Assembly (NCBI GenBank): GCA_038087875.1
Contig: CM075991.1
Coordinates: forward strand, 11,224,001-11,288,000
Origin: Malacoraja senta
Taxonomy: Eukaryota
Direction of reading: 5' to 3'
DNA: 64,000 bases
The notes beneath the pieces are model-generated. The model saw only the letters and a list, made by a program, of their open reading frames with translations, was not told the DNA's origin and searched no databases. Positions 37,689 to 51,654 of the stretch are shown piece by piece. A program made the position numbers and the translations under genes. Every line of letters starts with the position of its first letter. Position 1 is the first letter of the stretch.

Positions 37689-38409
37689 ATGTCCTTCAGT
37701 GGCCACTGTTGGATTTCTAAAGTCCTCAAGTGAAAAGATTCTCGAGACGTCAACATATTTCCACTGCTGAGAAGCAGTCACTCACTCTCTATTTTCTTTA
37801 ACTGAATCCATTGGACCCTGACAGTCTTGCACTGTGGCAGGTCTGTGAGAATATAAACAGAAAGCCAAAATATATGGAGCAGATTCCAGAGGCATGAATA
37901 AATCACAAGAGAAGATGAGAGCGACTGAGCAATATAAAAGCATATCCCAGCCCTTTGTTGAAAGGATTAGTGTTTAACAGGGTTTGCACCCTCGAATTAA
38001 GATTGACGATCAAACTCCAGATCAACACCCTGAGTTTCTGTTCTGCACCATCGAAAATGTTTAGTTCAGTTTAGTTTGGAGATACAGCGCGGAAACAGGC
38101 CATTCAGCCCACCGAGTCCGCACCGACCAGCGATCCCCGCACATTAACACTATCCTACACACACTTGGGACAATTTACATTGATACCAAGCCAATTAACC
38201 TACAAACCTGTACGTCTTTGGAGTGTGGTAGGAAAATCTCAGATTTTTTTTGTGATGTATATATTAATGATCTGGATGCAAAGATAAGTGGTCTGATTAC
38301 TACGAGGCAGAGGGCATTGCAATTGGTGGAGTTTTGATGGTGAGAAAGGTCGTCAGAGATTACTAAAATATATAGATCAGTTATAAATTTAGGTGGAGAA
38401 ATGGCAGGT

Positions 38410-39090
38410 GGAGTTTCATCTGAAAGTAAGCATGCAGGTACAGCAGGCAGTGAAGAAAGCTAATGGCATGTTAGCCTTCATAATGAGAGGATTTAAGTAT
38501 AGGAGCAAAGAGGTCCTTCTGCAGGGCACTGGTGAGACCGCACCTGGAGTATTGTGTTCCATTTTGGTCTCCTAATTTGAGGAAGGACATTCTTGCTATT
38601 GAGGGAGTGCAGCGTAGGTTCACGAGGTTAATTCCCGGGATGGCGGGACTGTCAAATGATGAAAGAATGGAACGACTGGGCTTGTATGCACTGGAATTTA
38701 GAAGGACGAGAGGGGATCTTATAGAAATATATCAAATTATTAAGGGAATGGAAATGGAGGAAACATGTTCCTGATGTTGGGGGAGTCCAGAACCAGGGGC
38801 CGAAGTTTAAGAATAAGGGGTAGGCCATTTAGAACTGAGATGAGGAAAAACTGTTTCACCCAGAGAGTTGTGAATTTGTAGAATTCTTTGCCTCAGAAGG
38901 CAGTGGAGGCCGACTCACTGGTTGCATTCAAAAGAGAGTTAGATAGAGCTCTTAGGGCTAGCGGAATCAAGGGATATGGGGAGAAGGCAGGAACGGGGTA
39001 CTGATTGTGGATGATCAGCCATGATCACGTTGAATGGCGGTGCTGGCTCGAAGGGTCGAATGGCCTACTCCCACACCTATTTTTTATGTA
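38410..39090 (+). mobile_element. CR1 LINE 3' fragment
   Basis: VKKANGMLAFI...[12 protein letters not shown]...LEFRR.RGDLIE. Confidence 0.88.
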
Positions 39091-39812
39091 TCTGTGAATA
39101 AGAATGAGGTGATGCATTTTGGGAGGTCAAACGCAAGAAGGAAGTGTTTACGAAATAGGTGACGTTTCGGGTCGAGACCCTTCTTCTGAGAGTCAGTGGA
39201 GAGGGAAACTAGAGACATGAAAAGCTACAAAGAACAAATGAATGAAAGGAATTCAAAAGGACAAATCAAAGCCAGCAACGATGATCATGGAAAGGTTGGA
39301 GCCCTGAGTTTTTGTGTCTATCCGAGACATCGCTTATTCCTTTCCTCCAGAGATGCAGCCTGACCCTCTGAGCTAGTCCAGTATAATTGTGTCTCACAAG
39401 GTACACATGCAGACTGGAGGTTCTCTCTATTTGGGTAAACCAGCATCTGCAGTTCCTTCCTACACGAACTCTATCTTGTTCCGTCTCGTGGGAGGAGGAA
39501 CTGAGCAGAACTGCTGGCCTCTTCTTTTCGTGTCCTTCTTGTTACAAATGTTGACATCGCTGTCATTGTCCGTCCTGAAAAGGACGCAAGCTTCCGGCGA
39601 CAATCAGTGGAAGCCATCACTTGTCGCAATAGATGATGGTGGTAGCAGAATTAGCTCGGGATACTTCCAGTTTCCCAGTCCCGCGATGTGGACACTTCTG
39701 CTGTGGGGCCAGCTGCTGGTTATCATTAGCCTTGCTCTCTCACATGGTTAAAAATGCTATTTGGTTCGGGGTCATCTGGAAGGGATAACAAGTGGTGGCT
39801 GTTGTTCATTGA

Positions 39813-40304
39813 ATAGAAACATAGAAACATAGAAAATAGGTGCAGGAGTAGGCCATTCGGCCCTTCGAGCCTGCACCGCCATTCAATATGATCATGGCTG
39901 ATCATCCAACTCAGTATCCTGTACCTGCTTTCTCTCCATACCCCCTGATCCCTTTAGCCACAAGGGCCACATCTAACTCCCTCTTAAATATAGCCAATGA
40001 ACTGGCTTCAACTACCTTCTGTGGCAGAGAATTCCACAGATTCACCACTCTCTGTGTGAAAAATGATTTTCTCATCTCGGTCCTAAAAGACTCCCCCCTT
40101 ATCCTCAAACTGTGTGACCCCTTGTTCTGGACTTCCCCAACATTGGGAACAATCTGTTAAAGAAGGAACTGCAGATGCTGGAAAATCGAAGGTACACAAA
40201 AATGCTGGAGAAACTCAGCGGGTGCAGCAGCATCTATGGAGCGAAGGAAATAGGCAACGTTTCGGGCCAAAACCCTTCTTCAGACAATCTTCCTGCATCT
40301 AGCC
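39813..40304 (-). mobile_element. CR1 3' fragment with a Penelope terminal repeat inserted at 40156-40283
   Basis: FFTQRVVNLWNSLP motif; TSD ACAATCT around the insert. Confidence 0.85.
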
Positions 40305-43300
40305 TGCATCTAGAATAGGTGGGAGAGACATGCAGGAAGGAGAACCATGTCGACCTGAAGGCTAGCCTCTCAACCAGCTGGGCTCCCAATAGGCACGAGC
40401 CTTCAGCAATGAGAGCTTGTAATATCTCAATGTGGAAACACAATTAACGTGGATTTAAAGCCTACGTGCGACAACGGCTGGTGCTCCAGAATCTAATCCT
40501 TTAATCCCTTCGCACCTGGTTGCCTAGAGCTGTACTCCTTCCACCTCTTTATCAGAACCACTTACAGGGCATCCTCCCAGCTGCTTTTGCTTTTTTTAAA
40601 TTACATTTTCAGTTCCTTATCTCCTCTTTCTTAGAGTAAATGTTGGAGCTCACAATGGCAGGGCAGATACAACAGGAGAAAGGTGGAGGGAGAGGAAGAG
40701 GGTGATTTGATTAAAGGTGGCAATGACCTGCATTTATAACAATTTATTACAATTTCTCGAAGGATCGGGTTGGGCCTTTGTCGAGGTGAATAGTTACCAA
40801 GCCTTGTAAGGAGATATTAGAATAGGTGATTAACGATCTTTTAAGGAGGAAAGAAAAATGGAGAGGCAAATGATTTGTAGACATGCTTTCAAAGCTCAGT
40901 ACCCTATACCTGAAGGTGCAGCCACGGAGATAGATAGAAACATAGAAAATAGGTGCAGGAGGAGGCCATTCAGCCCTTTGAGCCAGCACTGCTAATCATT
41001 CAGATCATGGCTGATCGTCCCCAATCAATAACCCATGCCTGCCTTCTCCCCATGCCCCTTGACTCCACTAGCCCCTAGAGCTCTATCTAACTCTCTCTTA
41101 AATCCATCCAGTGATTTGGCCTCCACTGCCCTCTATGGCAGGGAATTCTACAAATTCACAACCCTCTGGGTGGGAGATAAGTCAAATAAACCTGAGAATG
41201 AAGAAGAGGAGGAACACAAAGATCTCAGAGACCCTAGGACTGGAGGATGTGACATGGTTAGCAATTTAAAGAAATATTAGTACAGGTAACCAAACTGGGT
41301 CAAAAATTCTAAGGGGAATATTAAAGGATGATGGAGTTAAGAGGAAAGATTCATTGAGAGAATTTCAGAACCTAGGAGCTAGTACTTCTGTCGAAGGCAT
41401 GGATAGAGTGGATTGGGAAAGGATGTTTCCACTAGTGGGAGAGTCTGGGACCAGCTGAGTACCTCGAAGGTTGGAATCTCTGGATTGCTTTAAGTGCCAT
41501 GATAGTGTGAGACTAGGGGTGGAAGGATGGATCAGATGAATGTGTGGCTGAAGGTTCAGGACCTTCTGGATCATTGGGAACTTTTCTGGAGAAGAAGGAA
41601 TCTGTACAAGTGGACGGTTTATACCTTTACCAGGTTGAGACCAACCTTCTTACTGGAAGATAGACACAATATGCTGGAGTAACTCAACGAGACAGGCAGC
41701 ATCTCTAGGGAGAAGGAATGGGTGGCGTTTCGGGTGGAGACCCTTCTTCAGACTGATACACCCGCGTTTTGTGTCTATCTTTGGTGTAAACCAGCATCTG
41801 CAGTTCCCTCCCACACTTCTTACTGAATGGTTTGCTGGAACCATTGGGGAAAGTGTAAACTGATTTCTTCAGGGGGAGGGTGTTGAGAGTAGATGTTCAG
41901 AAGGAGAGGTACAGTCACCAGGAGGGGAAAGAGGTTGTACGTCCGATAGGAAGAACAAGCAAGCAAGTGAACGTTGTGGGAATTAAATGCTAAATTGCAT
42001 CTATTTTCATGCAAGGAGTGTAACAGGTAAAGCAGCTGTTAATCATAGATTTAGTTAACTCAGGGTCGAAGATATTCTTGCCATCACTGGGACATGGATG
42101 AAGTAGAGGCAGGGCTGGCAATTCAATGTCCCAGGTTGGAGAATTCTCAGTTGAGACTGGAGGAGAAATAACAGGGCAGGAGGTATTGGACGGTTACTCA
42201 AAGATGAATGTGTTCAGTCTTGAGGGAGGATCTCCTCGAAGGGTCCTCAGACAAAGCCATATATAGGTTGACGTCTGAAGAAGGGTCTTGACCTGAAACA
42301 TCACCCATTCCTTCTCTCCAGAGATGCTGCCTGACCCACTGAGTTATTCCAGCATTTCGTGTTTACCATATAGGTAGAGATTGGAAACAAAAAGAGGGTG
42401 TTGCTATTTTTATGGGGGTGTACATTAGCATCTGTGTACTTCCTTTGCAAATCCTACATTCACATCCAGATCTCTTTACATCTCAGACCGAAGCAATGCC
42501 TCGATACACATTTTTAAAACATTTTGAAAATGGACAATTTCATGCTTTCTCGCCTAATATTCCATTTGCCAGGTCATTGCCTGCTGACTTAATCTATCTA
42601 TATCCCTTTGTAGCATTCCCAACCCACCTATCTCTCCATTATCTACATATGCAGCAAGCAAAGCTTTGGTGCCTGCACCTGCCATTCAGATCAAGTGTGT
42701 CGAAGTTGTGGCTCCAGCCTTGCTCGCTGTGGCACACCATTTGTTAGCCATCCCTTCTTCTTTCCATGCCAATATGTTACTTCCTGCAGCAGTTTCCTTT
42801 TCCTGCAATAACCTTTGTTGCGCTATTTTAATCTCAGTTCATCTCCCAATTGCCTTTTTGCATTCCCACAAAACATTACTTCTTCAAACAGGTTCAATAA
42901 ATTGCTCAGCCACAATTTCCCTTTTAGAAAATCATGTTGACTTTGTGACATATCTTTGGTTTGTCTCTTATTAGCATCAGTTTTTATTTACATTGCATTG
43001 CCTTGATAAATCTTAATGTGGTGGTTCAGTGCTTAATTTGGTCTGATAATGCTTTATAAAGTGCCCTGGCACATTTTGTGTGTTAAAAAATGTTGTATAA
43101 ATGTGAGTTGCCTTCTCCCGATTAAAGCGTTGGTGAGCCGTCCTTAATGATTGAAGACGATAAGAAGAGAGAAGGCCGCAGAGAGATCTTATCGCGACTG
43201 CAATTTGAGATAAGGGGAATCGGGCCACACAACAGGATGGCCCGGAGGTGCTGAGGAGTGTGTGTACTTGGGCGTGTTATGCCAGGAAAGGTATGGGCAG

Positions 43301-43330
43301 CGGAGATTTGGGTGGCCTCATGCACTTGAA

Positions 43331-43639
43331 CTCCCCGTTGGATTGCAACCTTGTCGTGGTCGGGGAGCTTGTGTGTCTCAGTGACCCCTAGAGCTATGCC
43401 AGCGGGAGATTCGTCTCCTGTTAGGGTCTCCCATGCTGGACAGGTCGAAGGGTAGAGGCGAGACGAAGAGCGATCCACTGGTCCTCCAGGTTGGAGGTTG
43501 AGCACAGGGCTAACAACCCTGTCTCGTAAAACAAATATGTTACGGAAACAGCAACTGAAGGAATCAACACTACTGGGTGGAGGACCTTCGTTGCTGCCCT
43601 ACATGGCAGGAGGCATAATAGGCAGTAAGTAAATAAGTA
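43331..43639 (+). mobile_element. Bipartite non-autonomous RTE-derived element (RTE 5' UTR joined to 3' end)
   Basis: TSD atgcac(t/a)tgaa, (TAAG)n-like tail, Expander/RTE-like 5' UTR, RTE-like 3' end TGGAGGACCTTCGTTGCTGCCCTACATG. Confidence 0.72.
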
Positions 43640-45029
43640 ATGCACATGAAGAAGTATGGGAAGCCATTTGGTGAAGTGTTGTGGAGGCCAAGTCAATGGA
43701 TATCTTTAAGCAGAGATAGGTAGATTCTTGATTAGTACGGGTGTCAGGGGCAATGGGGAGAAGGCAGGAGAATGGGGTTAAGAAGGGGAGAGTAGGAGAA
43801 TCTAGGACCTCTAGTGGGAGAGTCTTCACTAGTGGGAGAATCTCGGATCAGAGGTCATAGCCTCAGAATAAAAGGACGTTTCTTTAGGAAGGAGATGAGG
43901 AGGACATTTGGTGAATCTATGGAATTAATTGCCACAGAAAGCTATGGAGGCAAAGTCAATAGGTAGGGATGGGTAGATTCTTGATTAGTACGGGTGTCAG
44001 GGGTTACGGGGAGAAGGCAGGAGAAAGGGGTTGAGAGGGGAAGATAGATCAGCCATGATTGAATGGAGGAGTAGAGTTGATGGGCTGAATGACCTAATTT
44101 TACTCCTATCCCGTATGAAGTTCTGAAAGTGTCCACATACCAGGGTCTGGGTGACAAAGGTCTGGAGAAAGGTTTGATCAATAAACAGGCACGGAAATCA
44201 GAGGGACTGGAAACTTGCCTCAGAGTCAAAGGGAAAACACAACACTTTTGCCCAGTCAGAGATCCTTGACATGCAGCATGTAGATTGATAAAATCAGAAA
44301 CTGAAACAGAACGGTTCAAGATAAGAATCGGAAAGCCGAACGCTGCTGATGTTCTAAATCTTAAATAAAAGCAGAAAAAAATGCTGGAAGCACTCATCTG
44401 GGAATTTGCGTTTATATTTCTGGATCAATAATGCAGGCTTCTAGGTACTAGTCCAGTGACAGAAGCACTGTGTACCAAACTTCATGGTACATCATGAAGC
44501 AGTCCCTCTGGAAGGTAACATGCATAGATGTACAGAGTCTTATTGAGTGCAGGGTGAGAGGAAATCTGCCAGAGCAGTCCATGTGAATGTTGGTACCGAA
44601 GATACACACACACAGTGCTGGAGTGACTCAGCGGGACAGGCAGCATCTCTGGAGAGAAGGAATGGGTGAATGTTTGGGTCGAGACCCTTCTTTGGAATTA
44701 ATGTTGGCACGTTCACTCTGTGTCAGAGCAGTTGGATACTCACTTTTAATTACCTTAGCTCTTGTACAATCATTGTTAATCACATTGGTTGAACTGGGAG
44801 CTGTTTATCCAGATATCTCCATCACTACTAACAAATGATAACTGTTTCTTGGTCTACCTCTGTATCATGGATCTTTCAGTAGATATTTCTGTGGCTTAAA
44901 AAACTTTGAGACATTGATCTCTTTAAAAAATAGCAATATTTAAGCTGAGAGGTACAGTGCAGAGTCCGTGGAGAATATATGTTTTTCTCAATGTTGTACA
45001 TCAGCCTGAAGCATTCTGATTATGAATAC

Positions 45030-45245
45030 TTCATGGGCGTAGAGATTGTGGATTCATAATCCCACTTGAACTCAGCAACCGAGGCCCTCCATTACTGAGG
45101 TAGGTGAAGTATTCTTTTAGATGTGAAGATATCCAGGGTCTAATTTACTCTTTCAGTTGCGAGTGAAAGATCTTGAGACTCCATCAAGGAAGAGCAATGG
45201 AGTCGTTCATTTGATCACGGCTGATATTCATCCCCCACTTAACAT
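45030..45245 (+). mobile_element. Degraded DeuSINE/SacSINE1-like relic
   Basis: GTGAAAGATC...GGAAGAGCA...ATATTCATCCC resembles the Deu domain. Confidence 0.45.
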
Positions 45246-45632
45246 TCTGGCTGTATGATAGCGCAAAGAGGTTGCAGATGCTTGAGTCTGGAGCAGTCCA
45301 ATTGAAGAGTCGTGATGTGAAGTGTCATCTGTCCATTTCCCATCCATAGATGCTGCCTGATGCACTCAGTTCCTCTGGCTGCCCCCTTTCTGCTATTTGT
45401 AAAAAATCGCTGTACTCAACAAGTCTCAATCATTTGCGTGTACTGGAACATGGATGAAAAGTCCCCAAGCAAAATCTCCAAGCACGTTGAAGCGCAAATG
45501 TTGGCATCTTGCAGTAATTCACTGGATGTATTCAAGAGAGAGTTAGATATAGTTCTTAGGGCTAACGGAATCAAGGGATATGGGGAGAAAGAAGGAACAG
45601 GGTACTTATTCTGGATGATCAGCCATGATCAT

Positions 45633-45771
45633 TGGGAGGAAGATTGCAACCTTCACGTGGTCCGCCCTGTTTCGACTAATGCAATCAACTCGACGTGCAC
45701 AAACGGAAGATCAAATAGAACAAGTTGTCCAACAACTTTAGGCTGTGCACGCCACACGAAAGAAGAAGAAG
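45633..45771 (+). mobile_element. ~140-nt HDV-like-ribozyme retroelement, copy 3, inserted in a CR1 3' UTR
   Basis: Perfect 13-bp TSD cagccatgatcat (45620-45632 and 45772-45784). Ribozyme core at 45633-45686. Confidence 0.88.
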
Positions 45772-46612
45772 CAGCCATGATCATATTGAATGGCGGTGTT
45801 GGCTCAAAGGGCCGAATGGCCTACTCCTGCACCTATTTTCAATGTAACAGGCCCTTCAGGCCACCGAGTCTGTGCCGACCTATGATCACCCCGTCGACTT
45901 GTACTATCCTATATAAGACCCTTCTTCAAATTGCCCTCTGGAGTCTGAAGAAGGGTCTTGACCCGAAATGTCACCTCTTCCTTTTCTCCAGAGATGCTGC
46001 CTGACCCGCTGAGTTACTCCAGATTTTTGTGTCGATCTTCAGTTTGAACCAGCATCTGCAGTGCCTTCCTACACAGGTGGTCCATTGTGTCCTATTGTCG
46101 AGGGAGGATTAGTGTTGCATTGTTCGGTTCAAGAACCTGATATTTGTAGGAAAGCGGCTGTTTCTGAACCTGCTGTTGTGGTCAAATTTCTGCCTGTCCA
46201 GCCCGACAGTAGCAGTGGGAAGAGAGCATGTCCTGGACGCTGGGTATCCTTGGTGATAGATGCCGCCTTCCCCAGACTTATTTGGCATTACTTTTAAAAA
46301 ATCGATTCTGTATCAGAATTTAAAATGCAATAAAGTGGGAGCTAAAATGTCCTGATGAAACATTTACTCAGACTATAAAATCTTATGGCAATTCGTTTCA
46401 TTGCTTCGTTTCCTCATGCCTTCGAATGTTATTGCACTGAGGGATTGAAATACTTCCAGAAGAAGATGCTGAATCTATTTTAAAAAAAATGAGATTAAAA
46501 ACTTCGAGGGATATGGGTTTAGTGCAAAAAATGCCTAATAACTCAGCTGCCTGCGTCTTGGTTTTCACATGCTTCTCCCTCTCTGCACTCCCCAGCTAAG
46601 GCCACCAGTCAA

Positions 46613-47400
46613 GGCGGCAACAGTAGTGCAGCAGGGAGAGTCACTGCCTCACAGCGCCTAACAGGGTTCAATCCTAACTGCTGGTGCTGTCTACACGGAG
46701 TCTGTAGTGTTTGAGTTCTCCCTGTGACCGCGTGGGTTTTCTCCAGCAGCTCCGTTTTCATCCGACACTCCGCAGACGTCCAGGTTTGTAGTTTAATTGG
46801 CTTCTGTAAATTGTCCCCAGTGTGTGACAATAGGCAATAGACAATAGGTGCAGGAGTAGGCCATTCGGCCCTTCGAGCCTGCACCGCCATTCAATGTGAT
46901 CATGGCTGATCATCCCCAATCAGTACCCCGTACCTGCCTTCTCCCCATATCCCCTGACTCTGCTATTTTTAAGAGCCCTATCTAGCTCTCTCTTGAAAGC
47001 ATCCAGAGAACCTGCCTCCACCATCCTCTGAGGCAGAGAATTCCACAGACTCACCACTCTCTGTGAGAAAAAGTGTTTCCTCGTCTCTGTTCTAAATGGC
47101 TTACTCCTTATTCTTAAACTGTGGCCCCTGGTTCCGGACTCCCCCAACATCGGGAACATGTTTCCTGCCTCTAGCGTGTCCAAGCCCTTAACAATCTTAC
47201 ATGTTTCAATGAGATACCCTCTCATCCTCCTAAACTCCAGAGTGTACAAGCCCAGCTGCTCCATTCTCTCAGCATATGACAGTCCCGCCATCCCGGGAAT
47301 TAACCTTGTGGGATAGTGTTAGTGTTCGGGGTGGTTGCTGGTTGGCGTGGATGCGTTGGGCCGAAGGACCTGTTTCCGTGCTGTACCACTCAAGTCTAAA
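46613..47400 (+). mobile_element. HE1-like SINE interrupted by a minus-strand CR1 3' fragment (~46826-47307)
   Basis: SINE halves flank a CR1 that encodes [25 protein letters not shown]. Confidence 0.78.
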
Positions 47401-47649
47401 ATCAGGCAATGCCTCCATTTTCAAACCCACATCCTTGCTTTCAGATCAACCTATAGTATTCCCGTTCCACATTCCCTGTAATCCTTTCCAGCAAATTGTT
47501 ATCAATAGATATGTGGCAAAATATATGTATATATCTATGTCCAGTAGGAGGGCTGGCCTTTTTCACACCACCACCTGGATTCTACATTCCACCCCATTTA
47601 ACACACGTTCAGCTGCTTTATTTTACGCATCTTGCAGCCTCACAGAAAC

Positions 47650-48086
47650 AAACTGGATAGACTCGGCTTGTACTCGCTAGAAGATTGAGGGGGGATCTTA
47701 TAGAAACTTACAAAATTCTTAAGGGGTTGGACAGGCTAGATGCAAGAAGATTGTTCCCGATGTTGGGGAAGTCCAGAACAAGAGGTCACAGTTTAAGGAT
47801 AAGGGGGAAGTCTTTTAGGACCGAGATGAGAACAAAAAATTTCACACAGAGAGTGGTGAATCTGTGGAATTCTCTGCCACAGAAGGTAGTTGAGGCCAGT
47901 TCATTGGCTATATTTAAGAGGGAGTTAGATGTGGCCCTTGTGGCTAAAGGGATCAGGGGGTATGGAGAGAAGGCAGGTACAGGATACTGAGTTGGATGAT
48001 CAGCCATGATCATATTGAATGGCGGTGCAGGCTCGAAGGGCCGAATGGCCTACTCCTGCACCTATTTTCTATGTTTCTATGTTTCT
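47650..48086 (+). mobile_element. CR1 LINE 3' fragment
   Basis: RGDLIETYKILKGLD...RVVNLWNSLP. Confidence 0.9.
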
Positions 48087-48518
48087 AAACTCAAATCAAC
48101 GGTGAGCTTGCAGGCGACTGCAACGTCTAATTGACTGAAGTCTGGCTGCCTATGCTCTTCATAATTATGGAATCAAGTGCTATTTTCCCGTGATGATCTC
48201 AGAGGTACCCTCTACAGAAAGGTCAAACGAGGCTTGTTTGCGTATGATCAGCGGTGATATGTTCATCAGAATTGACTGGATGGAACTGTTCATTTTTCAT
48301 TCAAGTAAATTTTTCAAATTCAATTTCATACCAGGCCCCAGCCATTATCTCCTGACTTAGTTAGGCCAGAGTCTCATTCCATGTCGCCAATTGTTGATGA
48401 TAGATCAAGAGATTAACAATTCACCACAAATCAGAACAGAATCAAAAAGGGAATTAATTTTCATTTTGTCTCGTGATCATAAAGTGATGGAAACGTTGAA
48501 AGAAAAAGGATGACAAAT

Positions 48519-48858
48519 GGGCGGCACGGTGGCACAGCGGACAAGTTGCTGCCTTGCAGCACCGGAGACCCGGGTTCGATCCCGACTACGAGTGCTGTCT
48601 GTACGGAGTTTGTACGTTCTCCCCGTGACCTGCGTGGGTTTTCTCCGAGATCTTCGGTTTCCTCCCACACTCCAAAGACGTACAGGTTTGTAGGTTAATT
48701 GGCTTGGTGTATGTGTAAAAAAAAAAATTCCCTAGTGTGTGTAGGATAGTGTTAATGTGCGGATAGTGTAGGATGGTGTTAATGTGCGGGGATCGCTGGT
48801 CGGTGCGGAGTTGGTGGGCTGCAGGGCCTGTTTCCGCACTGTATCTCTAAACTAAACT
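48519..48858 (+). mobile_element. HE1-like SINE (full length)
   Basis: GGGCGGCACGGTGGC head, GGGTTCGATCCC B box, TAAAC tail. Confidence 0.88.
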
Positions 48859-49296
48859 ATTTTCCGTATTCCGTATTCCGTATTCCGCATTCAGTGCTCT
48901 GTGTCAACTCTCAGCCATACGTCTGAGGATGTATTAACAGTGCATTGAATTATGCCAAAGGGGTTAACAGGGTAGGCCTTCCACTCTCATTGGAGATTGG
49001 TCTAAATCTGTGTTAGGAATACTTGCTTAGTTTGTTAGCAGAAATATCTTCGGGAAATTGAAGACGAGGATTGATCTGATGGAGTTCCTTGTGATTATGG
49101 CCGGATCTGAATGGGGAACAAAAGGCTGACTTCATTTTTCTGGGAGCTCGAAACTGGCGACAATTGACGGAGGTTATCGTCTAATAAATGCAGCAATTAA
49201 TTCAGGTGAAACTACCGTTCGTTGACCAGAAAGTGGTGTGAACATGCGACTCACCTCAGAGGGACAGATTGAAGTGCGTGGCAGAGACGCATTTTG

Positions 49297-49625
49297 GTTT
49301 AGTTAACTTTAGTTTAGAAATACAGCGCGGAAACAGGCCCTTCGGCCCATCGAGTCCGCACCGACCAGCGATCCCCGCACACCAACACTATCCTACACCC
49401 AACTAGCGATAAATGTACATTTTACACCAAGCCAATTAACCTACAAACCTGTACGTATTTGGAGTGTGGGAGGAGACCGAAGATCTCGGAGAAAAACCCA
49501 CGCAGGTCACGGGGAGAAGGTAAAACTCTGTACAGAAAGCACCCGTAGTCGGGATCGAACCAGGGTCTCCGGCGCTGCAAGCGCTGTAAGGGAGCAACTC
49601 TACCGCTGCACCAACGTGCCACCCG
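49297..49625 (-). mobile_element. HE1-like SINE (full length)
   Basis: Reverse complement of the consensus; inverted relative to 48519-48858. Confidence 0.88.
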
Positions 49626-51144
49626 ATTAAAGGGGAAGCTGGATAAATATGAGGGGGAAGGAAGTGAGGAATGGGAGAGGGGTGGGTGGAGGCTTCAGTA
49701 ATGCAGAAACACCTTCAGTGAGCAGTTGATTTGAATGTGAGGATTGTGTTCTGTGGACCGTATGTAATCTTTTCCTCCCAAGCTTCCCTATAATTGCATG
49801 TATTGATTCAGCATCAATTTCTTTCAGTGGCTGTACGACCTACATTGCTGCATTCTGTTTAATACACTTTTTAAATGGCTTAATTCTAACTTTAAGACTG
49901 TGACGCCAAGTCAAAGGATATTTGAATTTCATGGAAACTTATTAAATCGGACAATTAATCCATTTGATGTTGCGACCTTCTGGTTGTTCACAGCAAAGGG
50001 CGAAAAGGCAGGAGTTCTCTGTGCAAGTACCAATGCTTTTGTTGTGGACACAAATTTGTCCGCCGCTGGTAATAAGTTTCAGTTAGCTGTGCAATTATGA
50101 CATGTCCACGATATGGCTAAAAATTAGTCTGCACAACCAACAAAAAAATCCCATGGCACAGATAAAAATTATGTAAAAATGGCATAAATTAATTGTCATG
50201 TTTCATAAGGTCATAAGGTCATAAGTGATAGGAGCAGAACTAGGCCAATTGGCCCATCAGGTCTACTCCGCCATTCAATCGTGGCTGATCTATCTTTCCC
50301 TCCTTACCCCATTCTCCTGCCTTCTCCCCATAACCCCTGACACCCATGCTAATCTATCTCTGCCTTAAAAATATCCATTGACGACCTCCACAGCCTTCTG
50401 CGGTGAAGAATTCCACAGATTCACCACCCTCTGACTAAAATTCCTCCTCATTTCCTTCCTAAAGGAACATCCTTTAATTCTGAGGCTATTACCTCTGGTC
50501 CTAGACTCTCCCACCAGCAGAAACATCCTCTATCGATGTTATTGCCAGTTGTTAGTAAGGATGGACTTTAGATACTGTATGAGGAATGTGTGTACATTGA
50601 ACTAATTTCACTGTAGCTCATCTAATCCCAATGACATCAGTAGCAGTGCATGCTTACATATCCTCCGGTGAACTTTTCAAACCACATTGTTTGTAATCAT
50701 GAATGGCACTGTCCACACACAAAAGGATCAGCTTTTAAAGACACGGAAGGCATAATTAAGCACTATTTAAAGAATGAGCACATCTCTCCTACAGAAACAG
50801 AAGTGTGTCGTACAACTCTCAGCCAAATAAGCCCAAGTGAAGCGCCTTGAAGTGGGATTCAGGCACCATGTCACCATGTGGTATCCTCAAGCTCTTCTTC
50901 AAGATTCAGTGGCCAGAAGAAATGCAGCAGAAATGTGAGAAGATTTTTTTTTTTTTCCAAAATAGACTTTATTCAGGTAATAAATATATACAATACATGA
51001 ACCGTGCGAAAAAATTCATCCGACATTTTCAGAGGCTATACAAATTGTTCAATGCAGTCTATATACATTCCTCAAATGTTACGAATCTGTGCCAACACCC
51101 GTGCCACTCATGTGGCCCCCTGGCGTGGGATAGAAGAAATGCAG

Positions 51145-51488
51145 CAAAAGATCTCCCGGTGGCTCAGCACTTCAACTCCCCCTCCCATTCCGAATCCGAC
51201 CTTTCTGTCCAGGGCCTCCACCACGGCCAGAGTGAGGACCACTGGAAATTGGAGGAGCAGCACCTCATATTCCGCTTGGGCAGTTTGTACCCCAGCGGTA
51301 TGAACATTGACTTCCTCCCCTTCTCAGCTCTCCCTCAGCCCTCTGGCTCCTCTTCCTTTCTTCTTCCCGCCCCCCCCCCCCCCCCCCATCAGCCTGAAGA
51401 AGGGTTTTGGCCTGAAACGTTGCCTATTTCCTTCGCTCCATAGATGCTGCTGCACCCGCTGAGTTTCTCCAGCATTTTTGTGTACCTC
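51145..51488 (+). mobile_element. Penelope-like 3' fragment (GIY-YIG endonuclease C-terminus plus terminal repeat)
   Basis: DLPVAQHFNSPSHS...KLEEQHLIFRLGSLYPSGMNIDF, followed by CTGAAGAAGGG...GAAACG. Confidence 0.85.
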
Positions 51489-51654
51489 CGAGATCAAGAG
51501 GCATTCATTTATATCACACTTTTCCTCGCTTAGAGATTGTTTCAAAACACATCACATCAAAATCCATGTCTCTTCCTTGATGTAATGAGGGGGAATAAGG
51601 CATTATATTGTGTTCAGCCCTCTCCCACAAGCACACCTTGCCAAGGACTGGGTC

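Noticed and set aside
43478..43532. Twister ribozyme in the RTE-like element
   Set aside because: Only a GGAGG...CTAACAACCC hairpin region is present. The twister core could not be built, while the HDV-like fold fits upstream.
48519..48590. tRNA genes
   Set aside because: A/B-box sequences are SINE heads continuing into SINE bodies; no full cloverleaf.
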